In this document: piece after piece, positions 1 to 8,482 of the stretch | Numbering within the stretch: the stretch's first letter is position 1 | How the letters are laid out: every line of letters starts with the position of its first letter | Assembly: GCF_035575815.1 (NCBI RefSeq) | Contig: NZ_DATLXO010000120.1 | Span: 4,234 to 68,233, forward strand | Direction: 5' to 3' | Length of the DNA: 64,000 bases | Source: Iamia sp. | Lineage (GTDB): Bacteria; Actinomycetota; Acidimicrobiia; Acidimicrobiales; Iamiaceae | Notes under the pieces: generated by a model | What the model was told of the DNA's origin: nothing | The model's database searches: none | The model's input: the letters and a program-made list of their open reading frames with translations, nothing else | Program-made: the position numbers and the translations under genes

Positions 1-2572
1 GCAGGATGAGCCGGCTCTCGGCCTCGCGGGCGGCGACGGCCCGGTCGAGGCGCACCAGGGCGACCTTGAAGATGTCGGCGGCCAGGCCCTGGATGCCGGC
101 GTTCATGGCCTGGCGCTCACCGGCCATGCGGATGCCCCGGTTGCCGGACTGCAGCTCGGGGATGGGGCGACGGCGGCCGAAGAGGGTCTCGGTGTAGCCC
201 CGTTCGCGCGCCCCGGCCACGGTGCGATCCATGTAGTCCTTCACCGCCGGGAAGGCCTCGAAGTAGGCGGTGAGGATGAGCTTGGCCTCATCGACGGAGA
301 TGGCCAGGCGCTGGGCCAGCCCGTAGGACTCCATGCCGTAGGCCAGGCCGTAGCTGACCATCTTGGCCTTGGCCCGCATGGCCCCGGTGACCTCCTCGGG
401 CACCACGGTGTAGATGCGGGCCGCGGTGGTGGTGTGGATGTCCTCACCGCTGGTGAACGCGGCGATGAGGCCCGGGTCGTCGGCCAGGTGGGCGATGCAG
501 CGCAGCTCGATCTGGTTGTAGTCGGCGACCAGCAGGTCACACCCCGGCGAGGGGACGAAGGCGGTGCGGAAGGCCTTCCCCTGCTCGGAGCGCACCGGGA
601 TGTTGTGCAGGTTGGGAGCATCGGAGGAGAGGCGCCCGGTGCGGGCCACCGTCTGGTTGAACGTGGCGTGGATGCGACCGTCGGGCCCCACCTCGGACAG
701 GAGCCCGACCCCGTAGGTGGAGCGCAGCTTCTCGACCTCGCGGTAGGCCAACAGGTGCTCGATGATCGGGTGCTGGCCGCGCAGCTTCTCCAGGCTCTGG
801 GCGTCGGTCGAGAACCCGGTCTTGGTCTTCTTGCCCGGCGCCAGACCCAGTCGCCCGTAGAGCACCTCGCGAAGCTGCGGGGTCGAGTTGACCGTGAACT
901 CGCCGCCGGCGTCGTCCCAGATCGCCTGCTGGAGCCGAGCGACCTCGGCGGTCATGCGATCGCTGATCTCGGTGAGCCGGGAGCGGTCGACCCCGACCCC
1001 CACGGTCTCCATCGCCGCCAGCACCGCGACCAGGGGCGCCTCGATGGTGTCGTGGAGGGTGCGCAGGCCCTGGGCGTCGAGGGCGGCGAGGAGCGGCCCG
1101 GAGAGGTGGGCCACGCCGAGGGCGCTGCGACTGGCGGTGCGGGCCGCTCGACCCTCGGCGTCGTCGCCATCGTCGGATGCGAACGCGAGCTGTCCCTCGG
1201 GGGCGGCGTCGTCGTCGACGGCCAGCTCGGCCTGGGCGTAGCGCACGAGCAGCGGCGCCAGGTCGTAGCGCCCCTCGGCGGGATCGATCAGGTACGACGC
1301 GAGGGCGGTGTCCACCGCGAGGGTGACGACATCGGAGGCGGGACGGTGCGATGGATCGGTCCGGGCCACCCAGCGCAGAAGGGCCTTGGCGTCATGGGCG
1401 GCGATGGGACGGCAACCCGGGCCCGAGAGCAGATCGCCCAGCGCGGCGCGCACGTCGTCATGGGCGAGCACCGGGCCCGGCAGCCACATCACCTTACCGG
1501 TCCCGGGATCGACGACGACGGCGAGGCCCAGCAGATCGGCGTCCCACGTGGGGATCCCGTCGAACGCGGGGGCGACGGCCACCGGCGCGCCCTCTTCCGC
1601 CGCCGCGAGGGCCCCCAGGCGGGCGACGGCGTCGTCGGGGTCGGCGGGCTCGACGATCTCGGCCTCGAGCACCTGGGTCTCGGCCCCCAGCGCTCCCAGA
1701 TCCGCGCCCAGCGCCTCCACCAGGCGGTCCCACAGGGTGCGGAACTCGAGGAACTCGAAGAGGCGCTTCACCTCGTCGGTGTCGGGCTCACCCATCGTCA
1801 GCTCGTCGATGTCGACGTCGAGGGTGACGTCGCGCCGCAGCACCATCATCTCCGCGTTGGAGCGCACCTGGGCCTCGTGCTCGGCGAGGTTCTGGCGCAG
1901 CTTCGGGGTCTGGCCGTCGACGTGGGCGAAGAGCTCGTCGAGCGACCGGTGGGCGTTGATGAGCTTGGCCGCCGTCTTCTCCCCCACGCCGGGCACGCCG
2001 GGCAGGTTGTCCGACGGGTCGCCGCGGAGGGCGGCGTAGAGCACGTAGAGCTCGGGGCGCACACCGGTGCGGGCCTCGATGCCCTCCTCGTCGTAGAAGG
2101 CGTAGTCCGAGACGCCCCGCTTGTTGTACAGGACCTTGACGTGGGGGTCCTCGACCAGCTGGTACGCGTCGCGATCGCCGGTGACGATGATGACGTCGCG
2201 CCCGGCGTCGCGGGCCCGGGTGGCGAGGGTGGCCAGGATGTCGTCGGCCTCGACCCCCGCCTGCTCCAACGTCGGGATGGCGAGGGTGTCGATCACCTGG
2301 CGGACGAGGCTCATCTGCTGGCGCAGGATGTCGGGTGTCTCGGCCCGGCCCGCCTTGTAGGTGGCGACCTTCTCGTGGCGGAACGTGGGCTCGGGGCGGT
2401 CGAAGGCCACCACGATGGCCTCGGGCTGGTGGTCGCGCAGCAGGTTCACCAGCATCGAGGTGAAGCCGAACACCGCGTTGGTGACCTGTCCCGAGGCCGT
2501 CGCCAGGTCGGTGGGCAGCGCGAAGAAGGCGCGGTAGGTGAGCGAGTTCCCGTCGATCAGCATCACAGCCAT
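1..2572 (-). CDS. polA: DNA polymerase I (partial; C-terminal end lies beyond window start)
   Basis: Minus frame is open from ATG (cat 2570-2572) to the window edge, so it is absent from the ORF track. N-term MAVMLIDGNSLTYRAFFALP...IIVTGDRDAYQLV matches the 5-3 exonuclease domain. Near position 640 RTGRLSS..PNL.NIPVRSEQGKAFR and later QIELRC.AHL, YGLAYGME match family-A polymerase motifs. Both ends are in the same frame ((2572-643) divisible by 3). ORF 434..3364(+) is its mirror. Confidence 0.95.
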   Translation of the reverse strand, partial: MAVMLIDGNSLTYRAFFALPTDLATASGQVTNAVFGFTSMLVNLLRDHQPEAIVVAFDRPEPTFRHEKVATYKAGRAETPDILRQQMSLVRQVIDTLAIPTLEQAGVEADDILATLATRARDAGRDVIIVTGDRDAYQLVEDPHVKVLYNKRGVSDYAFYDEEGIEARTGVRPELYVLYAALRGDPSDNLPGVPGVGEKTAAKLINAHRSLDELFAHVDGQTPKLRQNLAEHEAQVRSNAEMMVLRRDVTLDVDIDELTMGEPDTDEVKRLFEFLEFRTLWDRLVEALGADLGALGAETQVLEAEIVEPADPDDAVARLGALAAAEEGAPVAVAPAFDGIPTWDADLLGLAVVVDPGTGKVMWLPGPVLAHDDVRAALGDLLSGPGCRPIAAHDAKALLRWVARTDPSHRPASDVVTLAVDTALASYLIDPAEGRYDLAPLLVRYAQAELAVDDDAAPEGQLAFASDDGDDAEGRAARTASRSALGVAHLSGPLLAALDAQGLRTLHDTIEAPLVAVLAAMETVGVGVDRSRLTEISDRMTAEVARLQQAIWDDAGGEFTVNSTPQLREVLYGRLGLAPGKKTKTGFSTDAQSLEKLRGQHPIIEHLLAYREVEKLRSTYGVGLLSEVGPDGRIHATFNQTVARTGRLSSDAPNLHNIPVRSEQGKAFRTAFVPSPGCDLLVADYNQIELRCIAHLADDPGLIAAFTSGEDIHTTTAARIYTVVPEEVTGAMRAKAKMVSYGLAYGMESYGLAQRLAISVDEAKLILTAYFEAFPAVKDYMDRTVAGARERGYTETLFGRRRPIPELQSGNRGIRMAGERQAMNAGIQGLAADIFKVALVRLDRAVAAREAESRLIL

Positions 2573-2656
2573 GCGCCGGCCACCCTAGGACGTCGTGCTC
2601 GGGGGAGGATCGGAGCGGGACCGCTGCCGACCCCGCGCCCGACCCGTCGTCCGCGC

Positions 2657-3238
2657 TCAGGGCTTGGGCACGAGGGTGCCGGCGAGCACCTCGTCGGCGA
2701 CGTTGCGCATCGTACGGCGTTCGCGCATCGCCGTCTTCTGGATGAAGGAGAACGCGGCGCCCTCGGTGAGGCTGTGATCGTCCATCAGGCGCCCCTTGGC
2801 CCGATCGACCGACTTTCGGCTCTCGAGCTGCTCCTCGAGCGAGGTGGCCTGGTCGTGCAGGGCCTTCATCTCCCGGAACCGGCCCAGCGCCACCTCGATG
2901 GCGGGCAGCAGCTCGGCCTTCTGGAACGGCTTCACCAGGTACCCGAGGGCCCCTGCGTCGCGGGCTCGCTCGATCAGGTCACGCTGGCTGAAGGCGGTGA
3001 GGATCAGCACCGCGGCGAGGCGCTCACCCGCGATCTCGCGGGCCGCGGACAGCCCGTCGAGCCCGGGCATCTTGATGTCGAGGATGGCGATGTCGGGCTG
3101 GAGCTCGCGCACGAGGCGGACCGCGTCGTCCCCGCGGCCGGTCTCGGCGACCACCTCGTAGCCCTCTTCCTGGAGGGTCTCGGAGAGGTCGAGGCGGATG
3201 ATGGCCTCGTCCTCGGCGATCACCACGCGGGTCGTCAT
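2657..3238 (-). CDS. pdtaR: ANTAR-domain response regulator (PdtaR-like)
   Basis: 193 aa from MTTRVVIAEDEAIIRLDL. It has a receiver domain (DIAILDIKMPGLDG, LTAF, KPF) followed by an ANTAR helix region (VDRAKGRLMD...AFSFIQKTAMRERRTMRNVADEVL). Start ATG at 3236-3238. Proximity to polA matches mycobacterial synteny. Confidence 0.85.
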   Translation of the reverse strand: MTTRVVIAEDEAIIRLDLSETLQEEGYEVVAETGRGDDAVRLVRELQPDIAILDIKMPGLDGLSAAREIAGERLAAVLILTAFSQRDLIERARDAGALGYLVKPFQKAELLPAIEVALGRFREMKALHDQATSLEEQLESRKSVDRAKGRLMDDHSLTEGAAFSFIQKTAMRERRTMRNVADEVLAGTLVPKP

Positions 3239-3317
3239 CGTCGGCGCCCTTCGTCGTCGGTCATGGGGCCAGGATGCCAGGGTCGCGGGGGCCCGCTCGC
3301 CGCCGTCGCCGTGGCCC

Positions 3318-3611
3318 TCACGAACGCCCGGCCTGGAAGCGATCGAGCAGCTCGTCCTGGGTGACCTCGAGCCGGACGATCTCGTCGGCCACCGACTTGC
3401 GGTGACGCCGCATGGCGTCCGCGTGGCCCGCGGCCTCGGCGTGTTCGCGCTCGGCGGACGGGGTCTCCGACACGAGGGCTCGGAGCCGGGCATCGTCGGC
3501 CTCGTCGGCCAGCTGATGGAGCTGCTCGTCGGTGACCTCGAGCTCCTCGCGCAGACGCTTGAGCCGGGTCCCCACATCGCGGAGGCGACGCTCGACGAGG
3601 ACCCTGGCCAT
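3318..3611 (-). CDS. hypothetical coiled-coil protein (97 aa)
   Basis: ORF-track protein MARVLVERRLRDVGTRLKRLREELEVTDEQLHQLADEADD... has charged heptad-like composition unlike the R/P/G junk of neighbouring frames. No family recognised. Confidence 0.5.
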   Translation of the reverse strand: MARVLVERRLRDVGTRLKRLREELEVTDEQLHQLADEADDARLRALVSETPSAEREHAEAAGHADAMRRHRKSVADEIVRLEVTQDELLDRFQAGRS

Positions 3612-3713
3612 GGCGCCACACTAGGAGGTGCCGCCCTCGGCCCCGGGTTCCGCTCGACCCGGCGTCGCCGATTCGAGGTGAGGCGCGGAGGATCCGACTG
3701 CCAGGATGCGCCC

Positions 3714-5207
3714 GTGCCCCGGCTCGTCGCGCTGAGCTTCATCTGGGGGTGGTCGTTCCTGTTCATCCAGGTGGCGGGCCAGGACCTCACCCCCTCCGCC
3801 GTCGCCGGTGGCCGCACCGGTCTCGGTGCCCTGGTCCTGCTGACGTTCCTCCGGGTACGGGGCCTCGCCCTCCCCCGCGACCGTCGCACCGTCGCCAACT
3901 TCTTCGTCGTGGGCGCCGCGGGATCCGCCATCCCCTTCACCCTCCTCGCGTGGGGCGGCCAGCACATCGACTCGGGCCTGGCGGCCGTGCTCAACGCCAG
4001 CACCCCGTTGTTCGCCGCCGGCCTCGCGGTTCCCGTCCTCGGGGAGCGGTTGCGAGCCAAGGTGGTCGGGGGCCTGCTCGTCGGACTCCTCGGAGTCGCC
4101 ATCGTGGCCGGGGTGGGCGGCTCGACCCTGACCGAGAGCGGTGGGTTCGCGGTGCTGGCCCCGGTCGGGGCGGGGATGGGCTACGGGCTCACCTTCTGCT
4201 GGTCGGCCCGTCACCTCATGGGCATCCCCCCGGTGGTCGCCGCCGCCGGTCAGGTCACGGCAGCCACCATCCTTCTCGCCCCGATCGCCATCACCACCTC
4301 CATCGCGCACGGCGTGGTGCCCGGCCTCCGCCCGATCGGGTCCCTGCTCCTCCTCGGCGCCGTCGGCACCGGCGTGGCCTACGTCCTCAGCTTCCGGATC
4401 GTCGCCGACCTCGGGGCGACCGTGGCCTCGCTCGTCACCTACCTGATCCCAGTGGTGGCCCTCGTGGTGGGAGCGTTGGTGCTGGGCGAGGAGGTCACGC
4501 CGCGCATCGTCGTCGGCGGGGCGGTCATCATCGGCTCGGTGGCCCTGGTGACCCGGGCTCGACGACAGGGCGCCCGAGGGCCAGGACCGTCGGGACCTGC
4601 GACCGGCGACCCGACTCCAGGGGGCGGTGTGGTCGCCGCCCCCGATGTCGCCGCCGCGCCTCCGACGGTCCCCTCGGTGCCCGCGGCGCCCGGTCGTCAC
4701 CTCCCGCGGTGGGGAGCACGCGCGATCGCGGTTGCCGCGGTGGCCGTGGCGGCGGTCGACGGCACCGCCTGCGGCGACGCCGACGAGGAGACGGGGGCGT
4801 GCGGCCCGGTCCGCCGCGAGCCGCTCGACACCCGCACGGTCCACGTGCTGCCGGGCGCCGAGGCCCCGGAGTACCGCACCGACCCACCGACCTCGGGCCC
4901 CCACCTGGCGAGCCCGTCAACTCGCGACGTGCGGAGCGAGGCCATCGCGCCCGCCGTGCAGGTGGGCATCTTGGAGGAGGGAGGGGTCCTCCTCCAGCAC
5001 GCCGGGCTCTCCGACGCGGACCGGGAGCGGGTCGAGGCCCTGGCCGGCGACGACGTCATCGTGGCGCCCGGTGACGGGCTGCCCGAGGGAGCCGGGGTCG
5101 TGGCCACCGCGTGGGTGACCAAGCAGGTGTGCGACGCGGTCGACGTCGGCGCCCTGCGCGACTTCGCGGAGGAGAACCGCGACAACGGTCCCGGCGAGCA
5201 CGACTGA
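3714..5207 (+). CDS. EamA/DMT-family transporter fused to a C-terminal DUF3105-like domain
   Basis: In-frame GTG at 3714 begins PRLVALSFIWGWSFLFIQVAG. About 10 hydrophobic helices follow, typical of a duplicated EamA. Then come a P/A-rich linker, an extra helix (AIAVAAVAVAAV) and YRTDPPTSGPHL...VLLQHAGL...VVATAW, which resembles DUF3105. There is no stop between the parts. Confidence 0.7.
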   Translation: MPRLVALSFIWGWSFLFIQVAGQDLTPSAVAGGRTGLGALVLLTFLRVRGLALPRDRRTVANFFVVGAAGSAIPFTLLAWGGQHIDSGLAAVLNASTPLFAAGLAVPVLGERLRAKVVGGLLVGLLGVAIVAGVGGSTLTESGGFAVLAPVGAGMGYGLTFCWSARHLMGIPPVVAAAGQVTAATILLAPIAITTSIAHGVVPGLRPIGSLLLLGAVGTGVAYVLSFRIVADLGATVASLVTYLIPVVALVVGALVLGEEVTPRIVVGGAVIIGSVALVTRARRQGARGPGPSGPATGDPTPGGGVVAAPDVAAAPPTVPSVPAAPGRHLPRWGARAIAVAAVAVAAVDGTACGDADEETGACGPVRREPLDTRTVHVLPGAEAPEYRTDPPTSGPHLASPSTRDVRSEAIAPAVQVGILEEGGVLLQHAGLSDADRERVEALAGDDVIVAPGDGLPEGAGVVATAWVTKQVCDAVDVGALRDFAEENRDNGPGEHD

Positions 5208-5231
5208 GCATCCGGCAGCGACGGCGCGCCC

Positions 5232-5343
5232 CGACCGGGGCGCTTCGACCGGGGCGCTTCGACAGTGGCACTTCGACAGTGGCACTTCGACAGGGGCGCT
5301 TCGACCGGGCCGCTTCGACCGGGCCGCTTCGACCGGGGCGATC
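5232..5343. repeat. 14-bp tandem repeat, 8 copies
   Basis: cgaccggggcgctt x2, cgacagtggcactt x2, cgacaggggcgctt, cgaccgggccgctt x2, cgaccggggcgatc. The period of 14 is not a multiple of 3. The array lies between the transporter stop (5207) and tRNA-Leu (5387). Confidence 0.9.
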
Positions 5344-5386
5344 AGCACTGGCCGCCGAGCCACCGACGACTACGATCCGACGGCTC

Positions 5387-5470
5387 GCCCGGATGGCGCA
5401 ATCGGCTGACGCGGTGGACTCAAAATCCACTGTCCGCAAGGACATGCGGGTTCGATCCCCGCTCCGGGCA
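5387..5470 (+). tRNA. tRNA-Leu (anticodon CAA), class II with long variable arm
   Basis: Hand-folded cloverleaf. Acceptor GCCCGGA/TCCGGGC; D stem GCG/CGC; anticodon stem GTGGA/TCCAC with loop CTCAAAA (CAA). Variable arm GTCC-GCAA-GGAC; T arm GCGGG-TTCGATC-CCCGC; discriminator A. CCA is not encoded. Confidence 0.95.
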
Positions 5471-5567
5471 CGACCGCGATGCGACGGCCTCGGGGCCCGT
5501 TCCGGCCGGGGGGTGGGCCCTTCCGACGATGCGACGCCGGTTGGCTGATCCTCCTAGCCTCAGGCGC

Positions 5568-5723
5568 GTGCCCGACCCCTCTTCACTGTCGAAGCCCGTC
5601 GTGCGCCAGCTCCGCCGGGTGGTGCTGTTGGCGGCCGCCCTCGCCGCTGTGGCCCTCGCCCGCGACCGCATGATCTCCGACGCCGAGCGGCGCGACGCGG
5701 AGCGCCTCGGCCTGGGCGAGTAG
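5568..5723 (+). CDS. possible small membrane protein (51 aa)
   Basis: In-frame GTG gives VPDPSSLSKPVVRQLRRVVLLAAALAAVALARDRMISDAERRDAERLGLGE, with one hydrophobic helix. No family recognised; support is weak. Confidence 0.25.
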   Translation: MPDPSSLSKPVVRQLRRVVLLAAALAAVALARDRMISDAERRDAERLGLGE

Positions 5724-5734
5724 CCCACTGCGGG

Positions 5735-6205
5735 TCAGCCCTCGAGGGCCGCCAGCGCCTTGACCAGCTTGGTCGGTGTGTCCGTGGGTGAGACCTTGGG
5801 CCAGGCCTCGACGATCTCGCCCTCGCCGCCGATCAGGAACGCCGAGCGGACGATGCCCATGTACTTCCGGCCGTACATCGACTTCTCCGCCCACACGCCG
5901 TAGCGCCCGGCTACTTCGTGGTCAGGGTCCGAGAGCAGGGCGAAGCCGAGTCCGTGCTTCTCGTCGAAGCGCGCCAGCTTGGCGGGCGGATCGGGGCTGA
6001 TGCCGATGATCGCCGTGTCCCCCACGTCGGCGGCCACGTTGCGGAGCCCGCACGACTGGGTCGTGCACCCAGGGGTGTCGGCCTTCGGGTAGAAGTAGAT
6101 GAGGATCCGCCGACCGGCCAGCGAGGCGACGTCGAACTCGTCGCCGTGCTGGTCGAGCAGGGTGATCGCAGGGGCCGGCGTGCCGGGTGCAGGGGTCTCA
6201 GCCAT
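5735..6205 (-). CDS. bcp: thiol peroxidase / peroxiredoxin Bcp
   Basis: ILIYFYPKADTPGCTTQSCGLRN, the peroxidatic Cys motif of Bcp/PrxQ. HGLGFALLSDPDHEVAGRYGVW is also typical. 156 aa. Confidence 0.9.
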   Translation of the reverse strand: MAETPAPGTPAPAITLLDQHGDEFDVASLAGRRILIYFYPKADTPGCTTQSCGLRNVAADVGDTAIIGISPDPPAKLARFDEKHGLGFALLSDPDHEVAGRYGVWAEKSMYGRKYMGIVRSAFLIGGEGEIVEAWPKVSPTDTPTKLVKALAALEG

Positions 6206-6259
6206 GGCCGACAGCGTGCCAGAGGACCGGGCGGTCCGAGGCCGGGTGCGGCATCACCG

Positions 6260-6682
6260 TCAGCCGACGTTGACCAGGTGGGTCGCGGCGTTGACGAAGT
6301 AGGCGGTCATCGCCTCGGCGATCTCGTCGGGGAGGCCCTGGGCCCGCACCGCCGCCTCCATGTGCCCAAGCCAGGCCCGGGCCTCGTCGAACCCGATGGT
6401 GAAGGGCATGTGGCGCATGCGCAGCCGCGGGTGGCCGCGCTCGTCGGAGTACTGGGCGGTGCCGCCGCCCCAGTACTGGGCGAGGAACCCGGCCATGTGG
6501 GGCCGGCTGGCGGTGAGGTCCTCGGGGTAGAGGGGTCGGAGCAACGGGTCGGTCTCGACCCCGTCGTAGAAGTCGTCGACCAGGCGGTCGAAGAACGGCC
6601 GCCCCCCGACCGCCTCGAACACGGTGATGCGGGCGTCGGCCTCGTCACCGGGGACCTCGTGCGGCGGGACCGGGCCGGTCAC
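6260..6682 (-). CDS. glbO: group II truncated haemoglobin (trHbO)
   Basis: FEAVGG.PFF..LVDDFY..V..DP.LRPLYPE.DL......MA.FLAQYWGGP..Y...RGHPRLRMRH.PF.I pattern, 140 aa. GTG start (cac 6680-6682) overlaps the upstream gene stop (GTGA). Confidence 0.9.
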   Translation of the reverse strand: MTGPVPPHEVPGDEADARITVFEAVGGRPFFDRLVDDFYDGVETDPLLRPLYPEDLTASRPHMAGFLAQYWGGGTAQYSDERGHPRLRMRHMPFTIGFDEARAWLGHMEAAVRAQGLPDEIAEAMTAYFVNAATHLVNVG

Positions 6683-7125
6683 GGCGCGCTCGGCACGTCA
6701 GGGCCGTTCGATGCGTCAGGGCCGTGCGCCGCGTCAGGGTCGGGCGACACGTCGGGGCCGGGCGATGCGTCAGGGCCGTTCGATGCGTCGGGGCCGTCCG
6801 CCGCTGCGCCCCGACGCAGGCCGGCGTGACCGAAGAAGCCCCCGTCAGGCCGGGCGTGGGCGTGGTAGTGGTCCGGGATCTGGCGCATGCGGTCGTCGAC
6901 CCAGTGCTCGAAGGTGAAGTGCTCGGCCACGACCCCCGCCAGGCGCTCGTGGAGGGCGCCCTTCACCTCGGGGGCGGGCTCGCGGTCGTGGGCACGGAGC
7001 ACCACCATCGGGAGCGCGCAGATCGAGCACTCGGCGATCCAGCAGAGCTCGTCGTCGAGGTACCACGGCGTGATCTTCTCGGCCCGGCACAGCGGACAGG
7101 TGGGCGGGGCATCGACGTGAGACAT
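6679..7125 (-). CDS. HIT-like (histidine-triad-like) protein with repetitive C-terminal tail
   Basis: 148 aa from MSHVDAPPTCPLCRAEK (ATG 7123-7125). It has CPLC near the N-terminus and HYHAHAR, resembling the H-x-H-x-H-x-x triad. The tail has six 6-aa units (GPDASN/GPDASP/GPDVSP/DPDAAH/GPDASN/GPDVPS). The rest of the 642-aa ORF upstream is junk. Confidence 0.55.
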   Translation of the reverse strand: MSHVDAPPTCPLCRAEKITPWYLDDELCWIAECSICALPMVVLRAHDREPAPEVKGALHERLAGVVAEHFTFEHWVDDRMRQIPDHYHAHARPDGGFFGHAGLRRGAAADGPDASNGPDASPGPDVSPDPDAAHGPDASNGPDVPSAP

Positions 7126-7176
7126 CTCGGCGCAGGCTAGGTCGGTGGGGCGGGCGAACCGCCGTAGGGTCGGACC

Positions 7177-7848
7177 ATGGCCGGGGAACGGAGGCACGCC
7201 GGCACCGCGTACATCGTCGCCCCCGACTCGGGGGCCGGGCCGGGTGTCGTCGTCCTCCACTCGTGGTGGGGGCTGACGCCGTTCTTCCGGTCGGTCGCCG
7301 ACCGGCTCGCCGACGCCGGGTTCGTCGCCCTCGCCCCCGACCTGTTCACGGGTGAGACGGCCACGACCCCCGGGGAGGCCAAGGCCCTGCTCGAGGGCTC
7401 CGATGCCACCGCCATGGCCGAGCTGGTGCGCTCGTCGGTGACCGTGCTGCGGGGCCTGCCCGCCACACCCGAGGGACCCGTCGGTGTCGTCGGGTTCTCG
7501 ATGGGCGCCTCGCTCGGGCTGTGGGTCGCGTCCCGCGAGCCCGACGCCGTCGGGTGCGTCTCCGCGTTCTACGGCACGACCGACGTGGACTTCGCCCCGA
7601 TGCGGGCGGCCGTCCAGGTCCACGTCGCCGAGCTCGACGAGCTCGAGTCCGACGACGCCGTGGTCGAGATGGAGGCCAACATGCGCCTCGTCGGCGTCGA
7701 CGTGGAGGTCCACCGCTACCCCGGCACCGCCCACTGGTTCTTCGAGTCCGACCGGGCCATCGCCCACTCGCCCGAGGCCGCCGAGCAGGCGTGGGCACGC
7801 ACCCTCGAGCTCCTCCACCGCCACCTCGACGCCGCACCCGAGACGTAG
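7177..7848 (+). CDS. dienelactone hydrolase family protein
   Basis: GVVVLHSWWGLTPFFRSVADRLADAGFVALAPDLF, nucleophile context GVVGFSMGA, and C-terminal YPGTAHWF. 223 aa. Confidence 0.85.
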   Translation: MAGERRHAGTAYIVAPDSGAGPGVVVLHSWWGLTPFFRSVADRLADAGFVALAPDLFTGETATTPGEAKALLEGSDATAMAELVRSSVTVLRGLPATPEGPVGVVGFSMGASLGLWVASREPDAVGCVSAFYGTTDVDFAPMRAAVQVHVAELDELESDDAVVEMEANMRLVGVDVEVHRYPGTAHWFFESDRAIAHSPEAAEQAWARTLELLHRHLDAAPET

Positions 7849-7857
7849 GGTCCGACC

Positions 7858-8391
7858 GTGTCCCAACACCTCCCTTGCGGCTACGGGCGCTCCCGGCGCT
7901 CGCGCCGGTGCCTCGGCCCCGCTCTCGGCGTCCTGGTGGCCGTCGCCCTCACCGCGTGCGGGGCCACCGACGACGACACCGACGGCGCCTCCTCCGACTC
8001 GTCGACCACCGACCCGGTCACGACCTCGCCGCCCGCAGCCGAGACCTCCCCCTCCACCGAGGCGACGCCCTCCACGGAGGCGACCTCGGTGCCCCCGTCC
8101 CCGCCGAGCGGGCCGACCGAGCACGCCGCCACCGCCCGCGATGCGGTCAACGAGCTCAAGGCGGCGTGGGAGGCCGGCGACGAGGTCCGCGCCGCCCGCA
8201 TCGCCCCCGGCGACGTGGTCACCGCCCTCCTCGGCGTGCCGTCGGAGGGCTTCGAGGTCTACGGCTGCGACACCGGCGAGTTCCCGACCAGCAGCTGCAA
8301 CTACCGCAACCGCAGCACCGGGGTCTTCATCAAGGTCACTGCCGCGAGGAGCGAAGCCGGCTGGCAGATCTCCACCGTCACCGTCGCCTGA
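7858..8391 (+). CDS. secreted lipoprotein, function unknown
   Basis: Signal peptide with lipobox LGVLVAVALTAC, then a T/S/P-rich linker with repeated STEATPSTEAT, then a small globular C-terminal domain. 177 aa. Confidence 0.7.
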   Translation: MSQHLPCGYGRSRRSRRCLGPALGVLVAVALTACGATDDDTDGASSDSSTTDPVTTSPPAAETSPSTEATPSTEATSVPPSPPSGPTEHAATARDAVNELKAAWEAGDEVRAARIAPGDVVTALLGVPSEGFEVYGCDTGEFPTSSCNYRNRSTGVFIKVTAARSEAGWQISTVTVA

Positions 8392-8482
8392 TCTCTTCTG
8401 TCGCCTCCGGTGACGGCTCGGCGGCACCTGTTGCACCGTCCTCCACCGGTCCCGCACCCCCCTGCACACCACCCACCCCGTC

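Noticed and set aside
434-3364. 976-aa plus-strand ORF (also 888-1241, 1308-2039, 1351-1827 and others)
   Set aside because: It is antisense to polA and pdtaR. Its composition (G/V/D/R/L-rich, e.g. GDEARVVGQVGDAAQLDLVVVGD) is typical of mirror ORFs in high-GC DNA, and no family motifs are present. The minus frame carries unmistakable Pol I motifs.
5232-5343. Possible CRISPR array
   Set aside because: The units are 14 bp, directly abutting with no spacers, and there are no cas genes in the window. It is a simple tandem repeat.
5387-5723. Integrated element at the tRNA-Leu 3-prime end
   Set aside because: No integrase, no duplicated tRNA 3-prime segment and no gene-content change follow. bcp/glbO come next directly. 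Only a 10-nt direct repeat was seen.
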